A DNA stretch of 64,000 nt from a virus: the IMG/VR virus record IMGVR_UViG_3300034166_000560. One strand, written 5' to 3'. The position numbers and the translations under genes were made by a program. This document shows, piece after piece, positions 1 to 9,912 of the stretch. Every line of letters starts with the position of its first letter. The first letter of the stretch is position 1. A model generated the notes under the pieces. The model was given only the letters and a program-made list of their open reading frames with translations. It did not search any database and had not been told where the DNA came from.

Positions 1-2
1 AG

Positions 3-1079
3 CTAGACGTTGTTGATGACGACAAGATTGATGCTAAGGATCTTGCTGCTCTACGTGCTGGTAAGAAGAAGGTTGATGAAGCTAATATTGATCCAGTTGT
101 AACTGGTTCTTCTTCAGTCACAAAAGATAAAAAAGGCTACGTTGATCCATCAACACCAAAGGTTCCTTATTCAGAACTACCAAAGCCAGGTAACGCTGCT
201 GGTGATGTTCTTTCAAAGGCAAAGAACGCTCTTGATAAAACAGGCGTTAAGGAAGAAGTCGAGATTGACGAAATGCGTGACCGTCCAAAGAAGGACGATG
301 TAAATCGTCGTAAACGTGATGCTGTTGCTATGAAATTGGGGCATGATAATCCAGAAGGTCGTAATAATAATTACAACGCTCCTGTCAGCATGCTTAAACA
401 CGGTCGCAAACTTATGAAGCAAGGTGTTACTAAAGAAGAAACTGAAGTAACTTTCTCTCAGGCAGAAATCGACCATATTAACTCTTTTTTTCTTGAAGCC
501 TCTGTAGCACCAGTAGATCCAGAAACTACAGAGGCCAAACCTACTTCTGAAAAACTTTCACAGAATGATCTTACTGCGACAGCTGAAAGTGGAAAAAGAA
601 AACTAAAAGAAGGAACTTGGAGCAGTTCAAGAATGTCTCATCCAAGACCAATGAGCTTATCATCCGGTGGTGGATTAGATTCAGAAAAAAGAAAAGCTCT
701 TGCGGCTAGTATGGCCAAATATAAGCCTAATATGAAAGCTGGTGAATCGGACGAAGAATATAAAGCCAGAACTACAAAAAACGCTGCAAGTCAAAGAGCA
801 GCAGTTGGAATGAAAGAGGAAACTCTTGAAGAAGGTCGTCCAAAGAAGAACCCAGAACCTGAAACAACTGAACGTGATCCACGTAAGCATATTCAGGTAG
901 AGGCAGGACGTGCTGCTGCTGGTAATGTTGTTGACTTCCATCACAATGATGGTACAACTTCAAAGATTACACCAGGTATGGGTAGAAGAATTACTTCTCA
1001 CCTTAATGGTCTAAAGCCAGCTGATCGTCAAGCTGCTGTTAATAAAATGCATGACAGTGCAGAAGGACTAAAGGTTTAA
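3..1079 (+). CDS. Probable internal head/virion protein, 5'-truncated
   Basis: Frame of the 273..1079 ORF is open back to position 3 (LDVVDDDKIDAKDLAALRAG...). Low-complexity and charged, with many I/L/V-x-E sites (VKE, LKE, TLEE) like T4 gp21 cleavage sites. Confidence 0.5.
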   Translation, partial: LDVVDDDKIDAKDLAALRAGKKKVDEANIDPVVTGSSSVTKDKKGYVDPSTPKVPYSELPKPGNAAGDVLSKAKNALDKTGVKEEVEIDEMRDRPKKDDVNRRKRDAVAMKLGHDNPEGRNNNYNAPVSMLKHGRKLMKQGVTKEETEVTFSQAEIDHINSFFLEASVAPVDPETTEAKPTSEKLSQNDLTATAESGKRKLKEGTWSSSRMSHPRPMSLSSGGGLDSEKRKALAASMAKYKPNMKAGESDEEYKARTTKNAASQRAAVGMKEETLEEGRPKKNPEPETTERDPRKHIQVEAGRAAAGNVVDFHHNDGTTSKITPGMGRRITSHLNGLKPADRQAAVNKMHDSAEGLKV

Positions 1080-1327
1080 TGGCCGTTATTGCTAAGAATA
1101 TCGTTCTAGGAGAGGTTGCTAAACCAGCAGCCCCTCCGGAACCACCAAAACATGTTAGTATTTTTGAAAAACTTAGACAACATTCAGTTGTAGAAGAAAA
1201 ACCAAAACCTGTTATTGAAGAAGCCCCAGAAAAGTATCATCATATTAAAGACGGAGAGCTTCATAAAATGATTAATAAAAAGTCAGAATATCTTAATGAT
1301 ATGTTGGCTCTCGAAAAAAATAAATAG
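1079..1327 (+). CDS. Hypothetical protein
   Basis: ORF track; start overlaps upstream stop. Confidence 0.5.
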   Translation: MAVIAKNIVLGEVAKPAAPPEPPKHVSIFEKLRQHSVVEEKPKPVIEEAPEKYHHIKDGELHKMINKKSEYLNDMLALEKNK

Positions 1328-1358
1328 AGAAATAGAATTCTTTTAGGAGGAATATCAA

Positions 1359-1988
1359 ATGCCATTATGGGGTAAAAACGACGCTGCTTCTAATTCAACT
1401 ATCTACGCACCAGCGCAGATGAAGCAGGCACCAAACACAGCCAATAGAGATCTTCTATTCGGTAATACAACAGCTAATGCTTATTTCGACGGCGTAACTG
1501 TCGGACAGTATGCAGTTGACTCAAACGAAATCGCAGCTGGTGGTGGCAAGGTTGCTCACACTGGCTGGGTTCTAAGAACTGTTGGTCAGGGAGGACGTGC
1601 TGGCCGTGTAATGACAGAAGTTCTAGTTGCTGGTGGTATCACTGGTGATGCTTCTGATGATACGCCATTCCCAGATTATACTTTAACAATTACAACCAAT
1701 CCATTAGCCAATAGTGGCAGTATTTCTGGTAATATAACAAGAACATTTACTGTTGCTGCTGCTTCAACACCATCAGGAGCCTCATTAAGCTACCTTTGGT
1801 ACTATTCAACAGACAACGTAACATTCAACACTACAGCCGCTGTATCTGGCTTCTCAAACCAGACAACTGCAACTCTAAGCGCAAACGTAGCAACTCTTGG
1901 TGCCAACGTTTGGGTCAAGGCTGTCGTTTCTGCTACAGGCGCTGCAAGCGTCAATTCTACAGCAGCCAAGTTTACTGCTACAGCTTAA
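1359..1988 (+). CDS. Virion structural protein with Ig-like C-terminal domain
   Basis: Strong SD (AGGAGG) and upstream TAAATA. MPLWG N-terminus typical of T4-like decoration proteins; Ala/Thr-rich beta domain with LSYLWY motif. Confidence 0.6.
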   Translation: MPLWGKNDAASNSTIYAPAQMKQAPNTANRDLLFGNTTANAYFDGVTVGQYAVDSNEIAAGGGKVAHTGWVLRTVGQGGRAGRVMTEVLVAGGITGDASDDTPFPDYTLTITTNPLANSGSISGNITRTFTVAAASTPSGASLSYLWYYSTDNVTFNTTAAVSGFSNQTTATLSANVATLGANVWVKAVVSATGAASVNSTAAKFTATA

Positions 1989-1998
1989 TAGGTGATAG

Positions 1999-2274
1999 AT
2001 GACAGATAACAGCAAAAAAGTTTCTGAATTACCAACAGCTGCTAATGTGACGTCAACTGATAGGGTCTTAGTCCTCCGAGACCCTTCAGGGACTCCATCA
2101 GTAAGAACTGTTAATGTGAGCATTTTTGCTGCTAATCTAATCATATCAAATACTGTTCCAGGCACTGCAGACGCTTCTGGTTTGCCTGGAACGATTCGTT
2201 ACGATTCTTCTTACATCTATGTCTGTGTGGCCAATAACACATGGAAACGAGCACAACTTAGCACTTGGTCGTAA
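1999..2274 (+). CDS. Small virion/fibre-associated protein
   Basis: C-terminal GTIRYDSSYIYVCVANNTWKR motif recurrent in phage fibre/decoration proteins. Confidence 0.5.
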   Translation: MTDNSKKVSELPTAANVTSTDRVLVLRDPSGTPSVRTVNVSIFAANLIISNTVPGTADASGLPGTIRYDSSYIYVCVANNTWKRAQLSTWS

Positions 2275-2663
2275 TGAATGATATTTTGAATGATAAAAAC
2301 TTTTTGTTATTTTGCGCTCATCATTATGATAATGCAAAGTATGTATCGACTGAAGATTTTTTAGAAGATCTTAACAGAATTAAATATATTAAAAAACTTA
2401 TTACTAGATATGTTGAGTATGGGGAACTGAAAGAGCGACTTATACTCAACCATATTATTGTTCTGAATAATTGTTTTGGAGCTGATGCTTGTTGTAAAAT
2501 ACTTTATTTCAAGTTAAAGCCTCAAATGAAATACATAAAACCATTTCTTATATTATTGAATATATTGCCTGATAGAATTTTTAATGTTGGTGGTGAAACC
2601 GTTGTTGACACAGACTTGATAGAAATGGACGAAGAAATCGTAGCAAGGTTAAGGAAAGTTTAA
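2274..2663 (+). CDS. Conserved T4-like hypothetical protein
   Basis: NFLLFCAHHYDN...FLEDLNRIKYIKKL...LKERLILNHII, a family commonly found upstream of primase in T4-like phages. Confidence 0.65.
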   Translation: MNDILNDKNFLLFCAHHYDNAKYVSTEDFLEDLNRIKYIKKLITRYVEYGELKERLILNHIIVLNNCFGADACCKILYFKLKPQMKYIKPFLILLNILPDRIFNVGGETVVDTDLIEMDEEIVARLRKV

Positions 2664-3214
2664 TGGAAAACATTAACAAATTTATTAAATTTGCTGCGAA
2701 AGAGTTACAGTTACCTTCGTTACCAAAAATACATTTGGTTGGTAAAGAAGAGGACAAATATTCAGCCTTTGGTCATTCTAAAGGCGATGCAATCTGGGTG
2801 AGAGTTACTGGTAGACATCCAGGGGATATTATGAGAACTATTGCACACGAATTAACACATTATAGTCAGAATCACAGAGGAGCAAAGGGCGAGAAAATGA
2901 GAGAAGATCAAGCTAATGCTCTTGCTGGCAGACTAATGAGAAAATTCAATACAGAAAATCCAGAAGTTTTTAAAGATTCTCCTATTCCAGAAGAAGTCGC
3001 ATCAAACGTTCCAAACAATTTGATGGGCGCTTCTAGTTCCGCCTCTGACAGTAAAGGCGGCATTGCAACTTTTGAACCTTTATTGGGAAAAAAGAAAAAC
3101 ACTCAGAACACATTCCTTACTCAACGTGTTCATGATATGAAAAAACTATCCGACATTATTGGTAGTAATTCTACTCTGAAAAAGTTAAACACTAAATTCA
3201 AGAGAACTCAATAA
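2663..3214 (+). CDS. HExxH zinc-peptidase-like protein with capsid-N-arm-like C-terminal segment
   Basis: RTIAHELTHYSQ...E.QANALAG motif. Confidence 0.55.
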   Translation: MENINKFIKFAAKELQLPSLPKIHLVGKEEDKYSAFGHSKGDAIWVRVTGRHPGDIMRTIAHELTHYSQNHRGAKGEKMREDQANALAGRLMRKFNTENPEVFKDSPIPEEVASNVPNNLMGASSSASDSKGGIATFEPLLGKKKNTQNTFLTQRVHDMKKLSDIIGSNSTLKKLNTKFKRTQ

Positions 3215-3588
3215 TGGCAGACCTAGAATTCAGACAAGCTAAAATCGAAGATGCTATAACTAAACTTACTGAGATCTCTGCAGACCTCAACAAGATGGTT
3301 GCAGTGCACGAACTACGTATAACTCAACAAGAGAAAATGACCGATAGCATCGAGATCATTCTTGAAAAAAGAAGAGATGAAGTAGAAGCTAAAGAAGAAG
3401 CTATTTACGAAACTATTGAAAAAGAAAAAAATGAATTCACTAGAAAAATGGATGAATCTTTTGAAAGCGTTTCGAAAAAGATAGATGCTCTTGAGAAGAT
3501 GATGTGGGTGTATGGTGGTGGATTTGCTCTTGCTGCATTCATTATCGCAAACTGGGGCGATGTAGCCAAACTTCTCCTAAAAAATTAA
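3214..3588 (+). CDS. Coiled-coil protein with C-terminal transmembrane helix
   Basis: Heptad-rich body; hydrophobic WVYGGGFALAAFIIANW. Confidence 0.55.
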   Translation: MADLEFRQAKIEDAITKLTEISADLNKMVAVHELRITQQEKMTDSIEIILEKRRDEVEAKEEAIYETIEKEKNEFTRKMDESFESVSKKIDALEKMMWVYGGGFALAAFIIANWGDVAKLLLKN

Positions 3589-3589
3589 T

Positions 3590-3617
3590 TTGTCTTTTTT
3601 GAAAAACCCAGTATAAT
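3590..3617 (+). promoter_or_regulatory. Sigma70-type promoter for primase
   Basis: TTGTCT-16nt-TATAAT. Confidence 0.5.
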
Positions 3618-3646
3618 CATATTTGAGGTTATATTATGGAGTTGTT

Positions 3647-4672
3647 ATGGATTGGCTTGTTCACAAGTATATTGGTATTGTTTCTACACGTCTAGAGAAA
3701 TTCAAACGTAAAAGTTCGAACCTTTACAATTTCCGTTGCCCTATCTGCGGAGATTCAGAATCACATCAAAATAAAGCACGAGGATACATCTACCAGAAAG
3801 ACGGTAAGATGATGTTCCATTGTCATAATTGTAATGCGACGATGGGTATTCCAAACTTCATTAAGATGCTAGACGTCAACCTATATAATGAATATCAGCT
3901 GGAGAGGCTGCAGGATAAAAAGCCTCCAGAACAAGATGAATACGAAAAGTTCGTTGAGAAGATGCGTAAGCCAGTGTTTATGACATCTGGTCCATTGAAA
4001 GGTCTTAAGAAGGTTAGCCAACTTTCTCCTGATCATCCTATTAAGAAATTCGTAGTTGAGAGAAAGATCCCTAATGTTTACCATGCCAAGTTATTCGCAT
4101 GTCCTAATTTTAAGCATTATGTTAATAATTTGGTTCCCAACAAGTTTCCAGTTGAGTCTTTGGCTCGGGATGAGACAAGGTTGCTTATCCCTTTTCTGGA
4201 TTCTGATAAGAGCGTGCATGCCTTCCAAGGTAGATCCCTCAAATCGTCTAATGGAATTAAATATATTACAATTATACTTAATGAGTCAGTACCTAAACTT
4301 TATGGCTTGGACACTGTGGATCGTAACCGTATTATACCAGTCCTTGAAGGTCCGATTGATAGTATGTTCGTTCCTAATAGTATTGCTACTGCTGGAGGTG
4401 ATCTGGTTAGCGCAATTAGAGATTTTGACAAATCAGGACTTACGATCGTATATGACAACGAGCCTCGGTCTGTAGAGACTAAAAAGAAACTTGACAAAGC
4501 TATCATGAATGGTTATAATGTCTGTATTTGGCCGGAAACAATGGAACACAAAGACGTTAATGATATGGTCCTAGCAGGATTATCTCCGGAGTTTATCGAA
4601 CATATTATTAAAACGAATACATATAGAGATTTGTCAGCGAAACTGGCATTACAGAAATGGAGTAAGGTATGA
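3647..4672 (+). CDS. 61: DNA primase (T4 gp61-like)
   Basis: Zn ribbon NFRCPICGDS...FHCHNC; TOPRIM EGPIDSMF, YDNEPR, KDVNDM. ATG at 3647 preferred over TTG at 3623. Confidence 0.95.
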   Translation: MDWLVHKYIGIVSTRLEKFKRKSSNLYNFRCPICGDSESHQNKARGYIYQKDGKMMFHCHNCNATMGIPNFIKMLDVNLYNEYQLERLQDKKPPEQDEYEKFVEKMRKPVFMTSGPLKGLKKVSQLSPDHPIKKFVVERKIPNVYHAKLFACPNFKHYVNNLVPNKFPVESLARDETRLLIPFLDSDKSVHAFQGRSLKSSNGIKYITIILNESVPKLYGLDTVDRNRIIPVLEGPIDSMFVPNSIATAGGDLVSAIRDFDKSGLTIVYDNEPRSVETKKKLDKAIMNGYNVCIWPETMEHKDVNDMVLAGLSPEFIEHIIKTNTYRDLSAKLALQKWSKV

Positions 4673-4881
4673 AGTTTGTTAAACTTTCTAATACTGGTAA
4701 GTATAGGGGCGATCCGATTTATATTAACATTGATTGGATTACCAGCGTTTTCGAAGAATCCAGCGAACAGTATGGTTCATTATCGACTATCGTTTTTGGT
4801 GGTCCAGGAAATGGCACACGGTGGATTGTAGAAGAATCTGCTAAAGAAGTTTTGCGTAAAATTGAAGAGGCAAGTAAATGA
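4669..4881 (+). CDS. FlbD-like small protein
   Basis: MKFVKLS..GDPIYINIDWI...IVEESAKEV pattern. Confidence 0.45.
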   Translation: MKFVKLSNTGKYRGDPIYINIDWITSVFEESSEQYGSLSTIVFGGPGNGTRWIVEESAKEVLRKIEEASK

Positions 4882-5132
4882 TCGTTCGTAAGAAGCCAGT
4901 TGAAGTGGAAGCATTTCTTTTTACTGAGAAGAAAGCAAAAGAAATCTCTGATTGGTGTAATGGTTTGTTAATCTCTCGTGGAGAAAACACAGAACCATTT
5001 ATTCAGATCATGACTCTAGAGGGTATGATGACTGCTCGTCTTAATGATTATATTATTAAGGGAGTTGCCGGAGAGTTTTATCCATGCGCTCCTGCTATCT
5101 TTGAAAAGACTTATGAGGTAATTTCGGAATGA
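4878..5132 (+). CDS. Conserved phage protein (RKKPVEVEA/TLEG family)
   Basis: RKKPVEVEA...TLEG.M.A...DYIIKGV.GEFYPC.P.IFEKTYE. Confidence 0.7.
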   Translation: MIVRKKPVEVEAFLFTEKKAKEISDWCNGLLISRGENTEPFIQIMTLEGMMTARLNDYIIKGVAGEFYPCAPAIFEKTYEVISE

Positions 5133-5282
5133 AAGGATCAAAAGAATATAAAGATTATGTCAAAAAGCATCGCAAATATCTAAAAGCGATTCATTGGGAT
5201 AGTCTTATGATTCTTTTGAAGTTTCCTAACTGTAAAAAATGGCGCAAGATAAAACGCCGACCAAGAGATGGATATTTAAAAG

Positions 5283-5907
5283 ATGATCAAGGTTAAAGGA
5301 TATGTCATCTGCATGCCCAGCAGCGTTTGGGCCAAGAGCGATGACAAGTTTCCGTGGATTCCTCGTGAACATTCTTTTGGTAAGACTGCAACAGAAGCAT
5401 GGATTCGATTTATGAATATTCATCCTAATGATTATGAATGGGATAGGAAACAGACATATTGGATCGATCGTGGTTATTGCGTAAAAGAAGCTACATTGGA
5501 GATTAAAATATGAACAAGATTGATATAGCATATGTAGTTAGAAATGAATTGCATCGACTTGAAAAGTATGAGAAGCTGGTTCAGTTCATCGCTAATGATT
5601 ATCATGAACTGTCGCACGACAAAGCACAATGGCAACGTGACGATTGGAAGAAGCGTTGTAAGAAACTGATAGAGGAAGATAACAAATGACTATGACTTGG
5701 AGAGGAATGGACCTCAACTATGTTAGCAAAGACGTTGCTAACCGTTTCTTTGGTGACGTTATTAATATGTCAAGAGAAGAACTTGTAAAGCAGATTGTGG
5801 AATCGCCCATATATAATCTTCTTCCTAAAGATACTGCTGAAAAACTCAAGTATGAGAGAGTGATTGAATTTCTTGATATGAAGAAAAAACTGGAAGAAGC
5901 ACGATGA
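5283..5907 (+). CDS. Run of small hypothetical ORFs (5283-5513, 5510-5689, 5686-5907)
   Basis: Translationally coupled ATGA overlaps. Confidence 0.5.
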
Positions 5908-6668
5908 ACGACGCTAAGATTATTGCAGTAACACAACCGCTTATTGAAAACAAAAACGATGTTGGGCAAATTCGTTGTGATAAGATGACACCCAACGAAT
6001 TTATCGCATACACCGCCCGAGTATCTAATCCATCCAATCAGCATAACACACTAACATCAGAAAAACTCCTCAAGTATCTAATCGAACATAAGCACTGGTC
6101 TCCGTTTGAGATGGTTTCTATCACAATGGAAATCAATACAACTCGTGATATCTCTCACCAGATCATTCGCCATCGTTCTTTTTCGTTTCAGGAATTTAGC
6201 CAGCGTTATGCCGATCCCACTAAGGACATGCAGTTTGTAACGAGAGAAGCAAGACTACAGGACGCCAAGAACCGTCAGAATAGTATTGAGGTTGATGATA
6301 AAGATTTGGAAGAAGAATGGGATGTTCATCAACACCTAGTAAAAAGTCAGGCAGAATATTCTTATAAAAAGGCTATTGAACTTGGCATAGCAAAGGAACA
6401 AGCAAGAGCAATTCTACCAGAAGGTCTAACCACAACCCGTCTATATATGTCAGGGACGCTTCGTTCTTGGATTCATTACATTGACGTTAGAGCCGAAGAA
6501 GGCACACAGAAAGAACACCGTCAGGTTGCTCTTGCTGCACAGGAAGAGATTCTAAAACACTTCCCGTCATTGAAAGAATATTGGTTTCCAGAGCCTTGGT
6601 TTCATGGTGTTCCTGTGAATAAGTCGGAAGAAGAACCTAAATCATGGTGGTGGAGATTTTGGTCATGA
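5904..6668 (+). CDS. thyX: FAD-dependent thymidylate synthase
   Basis: HWSPFE and RHRSFSFQEFSQRY signature. Confidence 0.95.
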   Translation: MNDAKIIAVTQPLIENKNDVGQIRCDKMTPNEFIAYTARVSNPSNQHNTLTSEKLLKYLIEHKHWSPFEMVSITMEINTTRDISHQIIRHRSFSFQEFSQRYADPTKDMQFVTREARLQDAKNRQNSIEVDDKDLEEEWDVHQHLVKSQAEYSYKKAIELGIAKEQARAILPEGLTTTRLYMSGTLRSWIHYIDVRAEEGTQKEHRQVALAAQEEILKHFPSLKEYWFPEPWFHGVPVNKSEEEPKSWWWRFWS

Positions 6669-7071
6669 CACACGAAGATGCAATGCTTATTGTCACAGCA
6701 ATTCATGACATATATAAGATTCTTTATCTAATTTGCATAGGTGTATTTTCACTGGTAGTTGCCACGGTTGCTACATGGAAGTTCTGGTCATGAATAGAAT
6801 CGTAACGATGATCAATATCCATGGAGAAACAATCAGGTCTATAAAGGCGCTTGATGATGGCAGGTGGTTTATCTGGCACGACGAATATCATAATTTTCCG
6901 TGGTCAAGAAAGAAGTTTGGTTTATAATGCTGTTCGATAGATATGACTTTAAGAAATTCGCCAGAGCCGTTCGCAAAGTGAATAGCAGGTTCATGGGTAG
7001 AGAAATCAGACAGCTATATTCTGGTTATCTATATCCAGAGCTACCTTTATATTTGAAAATCACGGAGATTC

Positions 7072-7383
7072 TTGATGCCTAAAATCGTATTAGTTGAAAC
7101 CGTCTCCACGTTCAGGCATATATACGCTGTAGAACTTGAAGATGACCAACCAGCAGATTATGCTGTAGAAGATGTTATGTATTTTACTACTGGTGGTGAA
7201 ACAGAATTTGATGAAGTAGCACAAGAACATGTTGGTGAAAACATCTTATCACATCGTGTAGTAACTGAAGAAGAATACTTAGAACTTTTTGATCAACATA
7301 ATCCATATGCCGCTCCTATATGGACAGTAGACGAAAAGAAGAGATATATATACAAGGCTAAAGAGAACAAAGAGGCAAAATAA
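7072..7383 (+). CDS. Conserved phage hypothetical protein
   Basis: VLVETVSTFRH.Y.VE...QEHVGENI pattern. Confidence 0.55.
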   Translation: MMPKIVLVETVSTFRHIYAVELEDDQPADYAVEDVMYFTTGGETEFDEVAQEHVGENILSHRVVTEEEYLELFDQHNPYAAPIWTVDEKKRYIYKAKENKEAK

Positions 7384-9284
7384 TGACAGACTTTACAGTT
7401 TACCAGCAGTACATCCACAAATCCCGTTATGCACGTTTCCTTCCAGAGAAGAATCGTCGTGAACACTGGAATGAAACGGTCCAGCGTTATGTGGATTATA
7501 TGTTCACAAAAGTTTCAACAGGCCAGGGATGGACGGTTGATCAAAAGCTAAAGCAAGAAGTATTTGACGCAATTTATAATCTTGAAGTAATGCCATCAAT
7601 GAGAGCATTGATGACTGCTGGTAAGGCTCTAGATCGTGATAACGTCGCTGGCTACAATTGTTCTTATCTTCCTATTGACGATCCAAAGGCTTTTGATGAA
7701 GCCATGTGCATTCTTATGAATGGCACTGGTGTTGGCTTCTCTGTTGAGCGTCAGTATGTGAATAAGCTACCAGAAATTCCAGAACAGCTTTTTGACTGTG
7801 ATACCATGATCACAGTACGTGACAGCAAGGAAGGTTGGGCAAAAGCATTACGTATGCTTATTTCACTCCTTTACGCTGGTGAAGTTCCAAAGTGGGATTT
7901 ATCAAACCTTCGTCCTGCTGGTGCACCACTAAAGGTGTTTGGTGGCCGTTCTTCTGGTCCAGATCCATTGAACGATCTATTCAAGTTCGTTATTCGTGTT
8001 TTCAAGAATGCACATGGTCGTAAACTAACATCGTTAGAATGCCATGACATTATGTGTAAAATTGGTGAAGTTGTTGTAGTTGGTGGAGTGCGACGTTCAG
8101 CAATGATCTCCCTATCTAACTTATCAGATGATCGCATGCGCCATGCAAAAGCAGGACAGTGGTGGGAAGCAAATGTTCAAAGAGCTCTTTCAAACAACTC
8201 AGCAGTCTATACAGAAAAGCCAGAAGTCGGGCAGTTTATGTCTGAATGGCTTGCAATCTATGAATCTAAGTCGGGCGAGCGTGGAATCTTTTCCAGAGAA
8301 GCAAGCCAAAAAGTTGCTAAAAGAAGTGGTCGCAGAGATTCATCGTTTGAATTCGGAACTAACCCCTGCTCAGAGATTATCCTTCGACCCTACCAATTTT
8401 GCAATCTTACAGAGGTCGTTATTCGAAGCACTGATAGTGAGAAATCTCTTGCTAGAAAGATTAGAGTCGCAACGATATTGGGAACTTTCCAATCGACTAT
8501 GACTTATTTCCCATATCTACGTAAGATTTGGCAGAAGAATACAGAAGAAGAAAGATTGCTCGGTGTATCATTCACTGGCATCTATGATTGCCCAATCATG
8601 AACGACTATAATGATCCAGAGTTACCTGCACGCCTAGAACGTCTACGACAGGTCGCTATTGATACAAATAAGGAATGGAGCGAGAAACTTGGTATTAATC
8701 AATCAGTCGCCATTACTTGCGTTAAGCCAAGTGGAACAGTCAGTCAATTGGTCCTTAGTCCTTCTGGTATTCATCCAGGTCATGATAGGCACTATATCCG
8801 CCGTGTTCGTAGCGACAACAAGGATCCCCTTACAAAGCATCTTATTGATGCTGGCGTTCCTCATGAGCCAGACGTTACTAAACCTCATTCTACTACTGTC
8901 TTTAGTTTCCCAATGAGACTACCAGAAACTTCAATCACAAGAGAGAATGTATCTGCTATTGATCATCTAGAACTTTGGTTGAAGTATCAGCGTCATTGGT
9001 GCGAGCATAAGCCATCAGTAACAATTAACGTAACTGAAGACGAATGGCCACGTGTTGGTGCTTGGGTTTATGATCACTTTGACGAAATGTCAGGTGTTTC
9101 GTTCCTACCTTATGATGGTGGAACTTATCGTCAGGCTCCATATGAAACCATTACCGAAGCCGATTACGAAGATCTAAATAAAACTATTCCAACTTCTGTG
9201 GATTGGGATGCTCTTGTCGAGATGGATGATAATGTAGAAGGAGTTCAAACTCTCGCATGTACATCAGGCAATTGCGAAATCTAA
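7383..9284 (+). CDS. nrdJ: Class II (B12-dependent) ribonucleotide reductase
   Basis: MPSMRAL, YNCSY, GTGVGFSV, VVGGVRRSA, GTNPCSEI, CNLTE, VKPSGT, C-terminal CxxxxC. Confidence 0.93.
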   Translation: MTDFTVYQQYIHKSRYARFLPEKNRREHWNETVQRYVDYMFTKVSTGQGWTVDQKLKQEVFDAIYNLEVMPSMRALMTAGKALDRDNVAGYNCSYLPIDDPKAFDEAMCILMNGTGVGFSVERQYVNKLPEIPEQLFDCDTMITVRDSKEGWAKALRMLISLLYAGEVPKWDLSNLRPAGAPLKVFGGRSSGPDPLNDLFKFVIRVFKNAHGRKLTSLECHDIMCKIGEVVVVGGVRRSAMISLSNLSDDRMRHAKAGQWWEANVQRALSNNSAVYTEKPEVGQFMSEWLAIYESKSGERGIFSREASQKVAKRSGRRDSSFEFGTNPCSEIILRPYQFCNLTEVVIRSTDSEKSLARKIRVATILGTFQSTMTYFPYLRKIWQKNTEEERLLGVSFTGIYDCPIMNDYNDPELPARLERLRQVAIDTNKEWSEKLGINQSVAITCVKPSGTVSQLVLSPSGIHPGHDRHYIRRVRSDNKDPLTKHLIDAGVPHEPDVTKPHSTTVFSFPMRLPETSITRENVSAIDHLELWLKYQRHWCEHKPSVTINVTEDEWPRVGAWVYDHFDEMSGVSFLPYDGGTYRQAPYETITEADYEDLNKTIPTSVDWDALVEMDDNVEGVQTLACTSGNCEI

Positions 9285-9296
9285 GAAGGAAAACTA

Positions 9297-9482
9297 ATGA
9301 GAATAGATTCAGAACTATTTGATTTATGTAAGGACTTTATAAGAGAAAACGAAATTTCTTGTCCAGAAACGATTTACGATAGAGATTCTCTTCAACTACA
9401 GTGTTTAGAATTACTAGAGCAAATTTGTGATCTTATTGGTTATCATGAAGACGAAGAAGAACTAGACTTCGAAGACGACTAA
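9297..9482 (+). CDS. Small acidic hypothetical protein
   Basis: ORF with AAGGA SD. Confidence 0.5.
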   Translation: MRIDSELFDLCKDFIRENEISCPETIYDRDSLQLQCLELLEQICDLIGYHEDEEELDFEDD

Positions 9483-9509
9483 TAAATATCCCGAAGGAGA
9501 TTCGGGATG
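9481..9509 (+). promoter_or_regulatory. Late promoter plus start-codon-sequestering hairpin
   Basis: AATAAATA (9481-9488) overlaps hairpin ATCCCGAA-GGAGA-TTCGGGAT, which covers the SD and part of the ATG at 9507. Confidence 0.6.
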
Positions 9510-9911
9510 TGGACATATAAAGGTGAAATCGTAGAAGATATTGGTAATTATATTGGATTCGTCTATATAATTACCAATCTTCGCACCGAAAGAAAATATA
9601 TCGGTAAGAAAAATTTCTATTTCTCAAAGACTAAGCAAGTCAAAGGTAAGAAAAAGAAATACAAAGTAGAGTCTGATTGGAAAGACTACTTTGGTTCCAA
9701 CGAAGAATTAAATCATCACGTAAATATTTTTGGCAAAGATGCTTTTAGAAGAGAGATTCTTAGATTCTGTTCTTCGAAAGGCGAGATGTCATATTTTGAA
9801 GCGAAACTTCAATTCCAGTATGATGTTTTAGAATCAGATCAGTGGTATAATTCTTGGATCTCTTGTAAGATCCATAAGAAACATTTGACTTTTCTGAAAA
9901 AGAAGGTATAA
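9507..9911 (+). CDS. GIY-YIG family endonuclease
   Basis: GFVYIITN...KYIGKK, YFGS, E..LQ, WYN motifs. Confidence 0.8.
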   Translation: MWTYKGEIVEDIGNYIGFVYIITNLRTERKYIGKKNFYFSKTKQVKGKKKKYKVESDWKDYFGSNEELNHHVNIFGKDAFRREILRFCSSKGEMSYFEAKLQFQYDVLESDQWYNSWISCKIHKKHLTFLKKKV

Positions 9912-9912
9912 T

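Noticed and set aside
7383-9284. Intron or intein in nrdJ
   Set aside because: Continuous 633-aa ORF of normal size with no splicing motifs seen.
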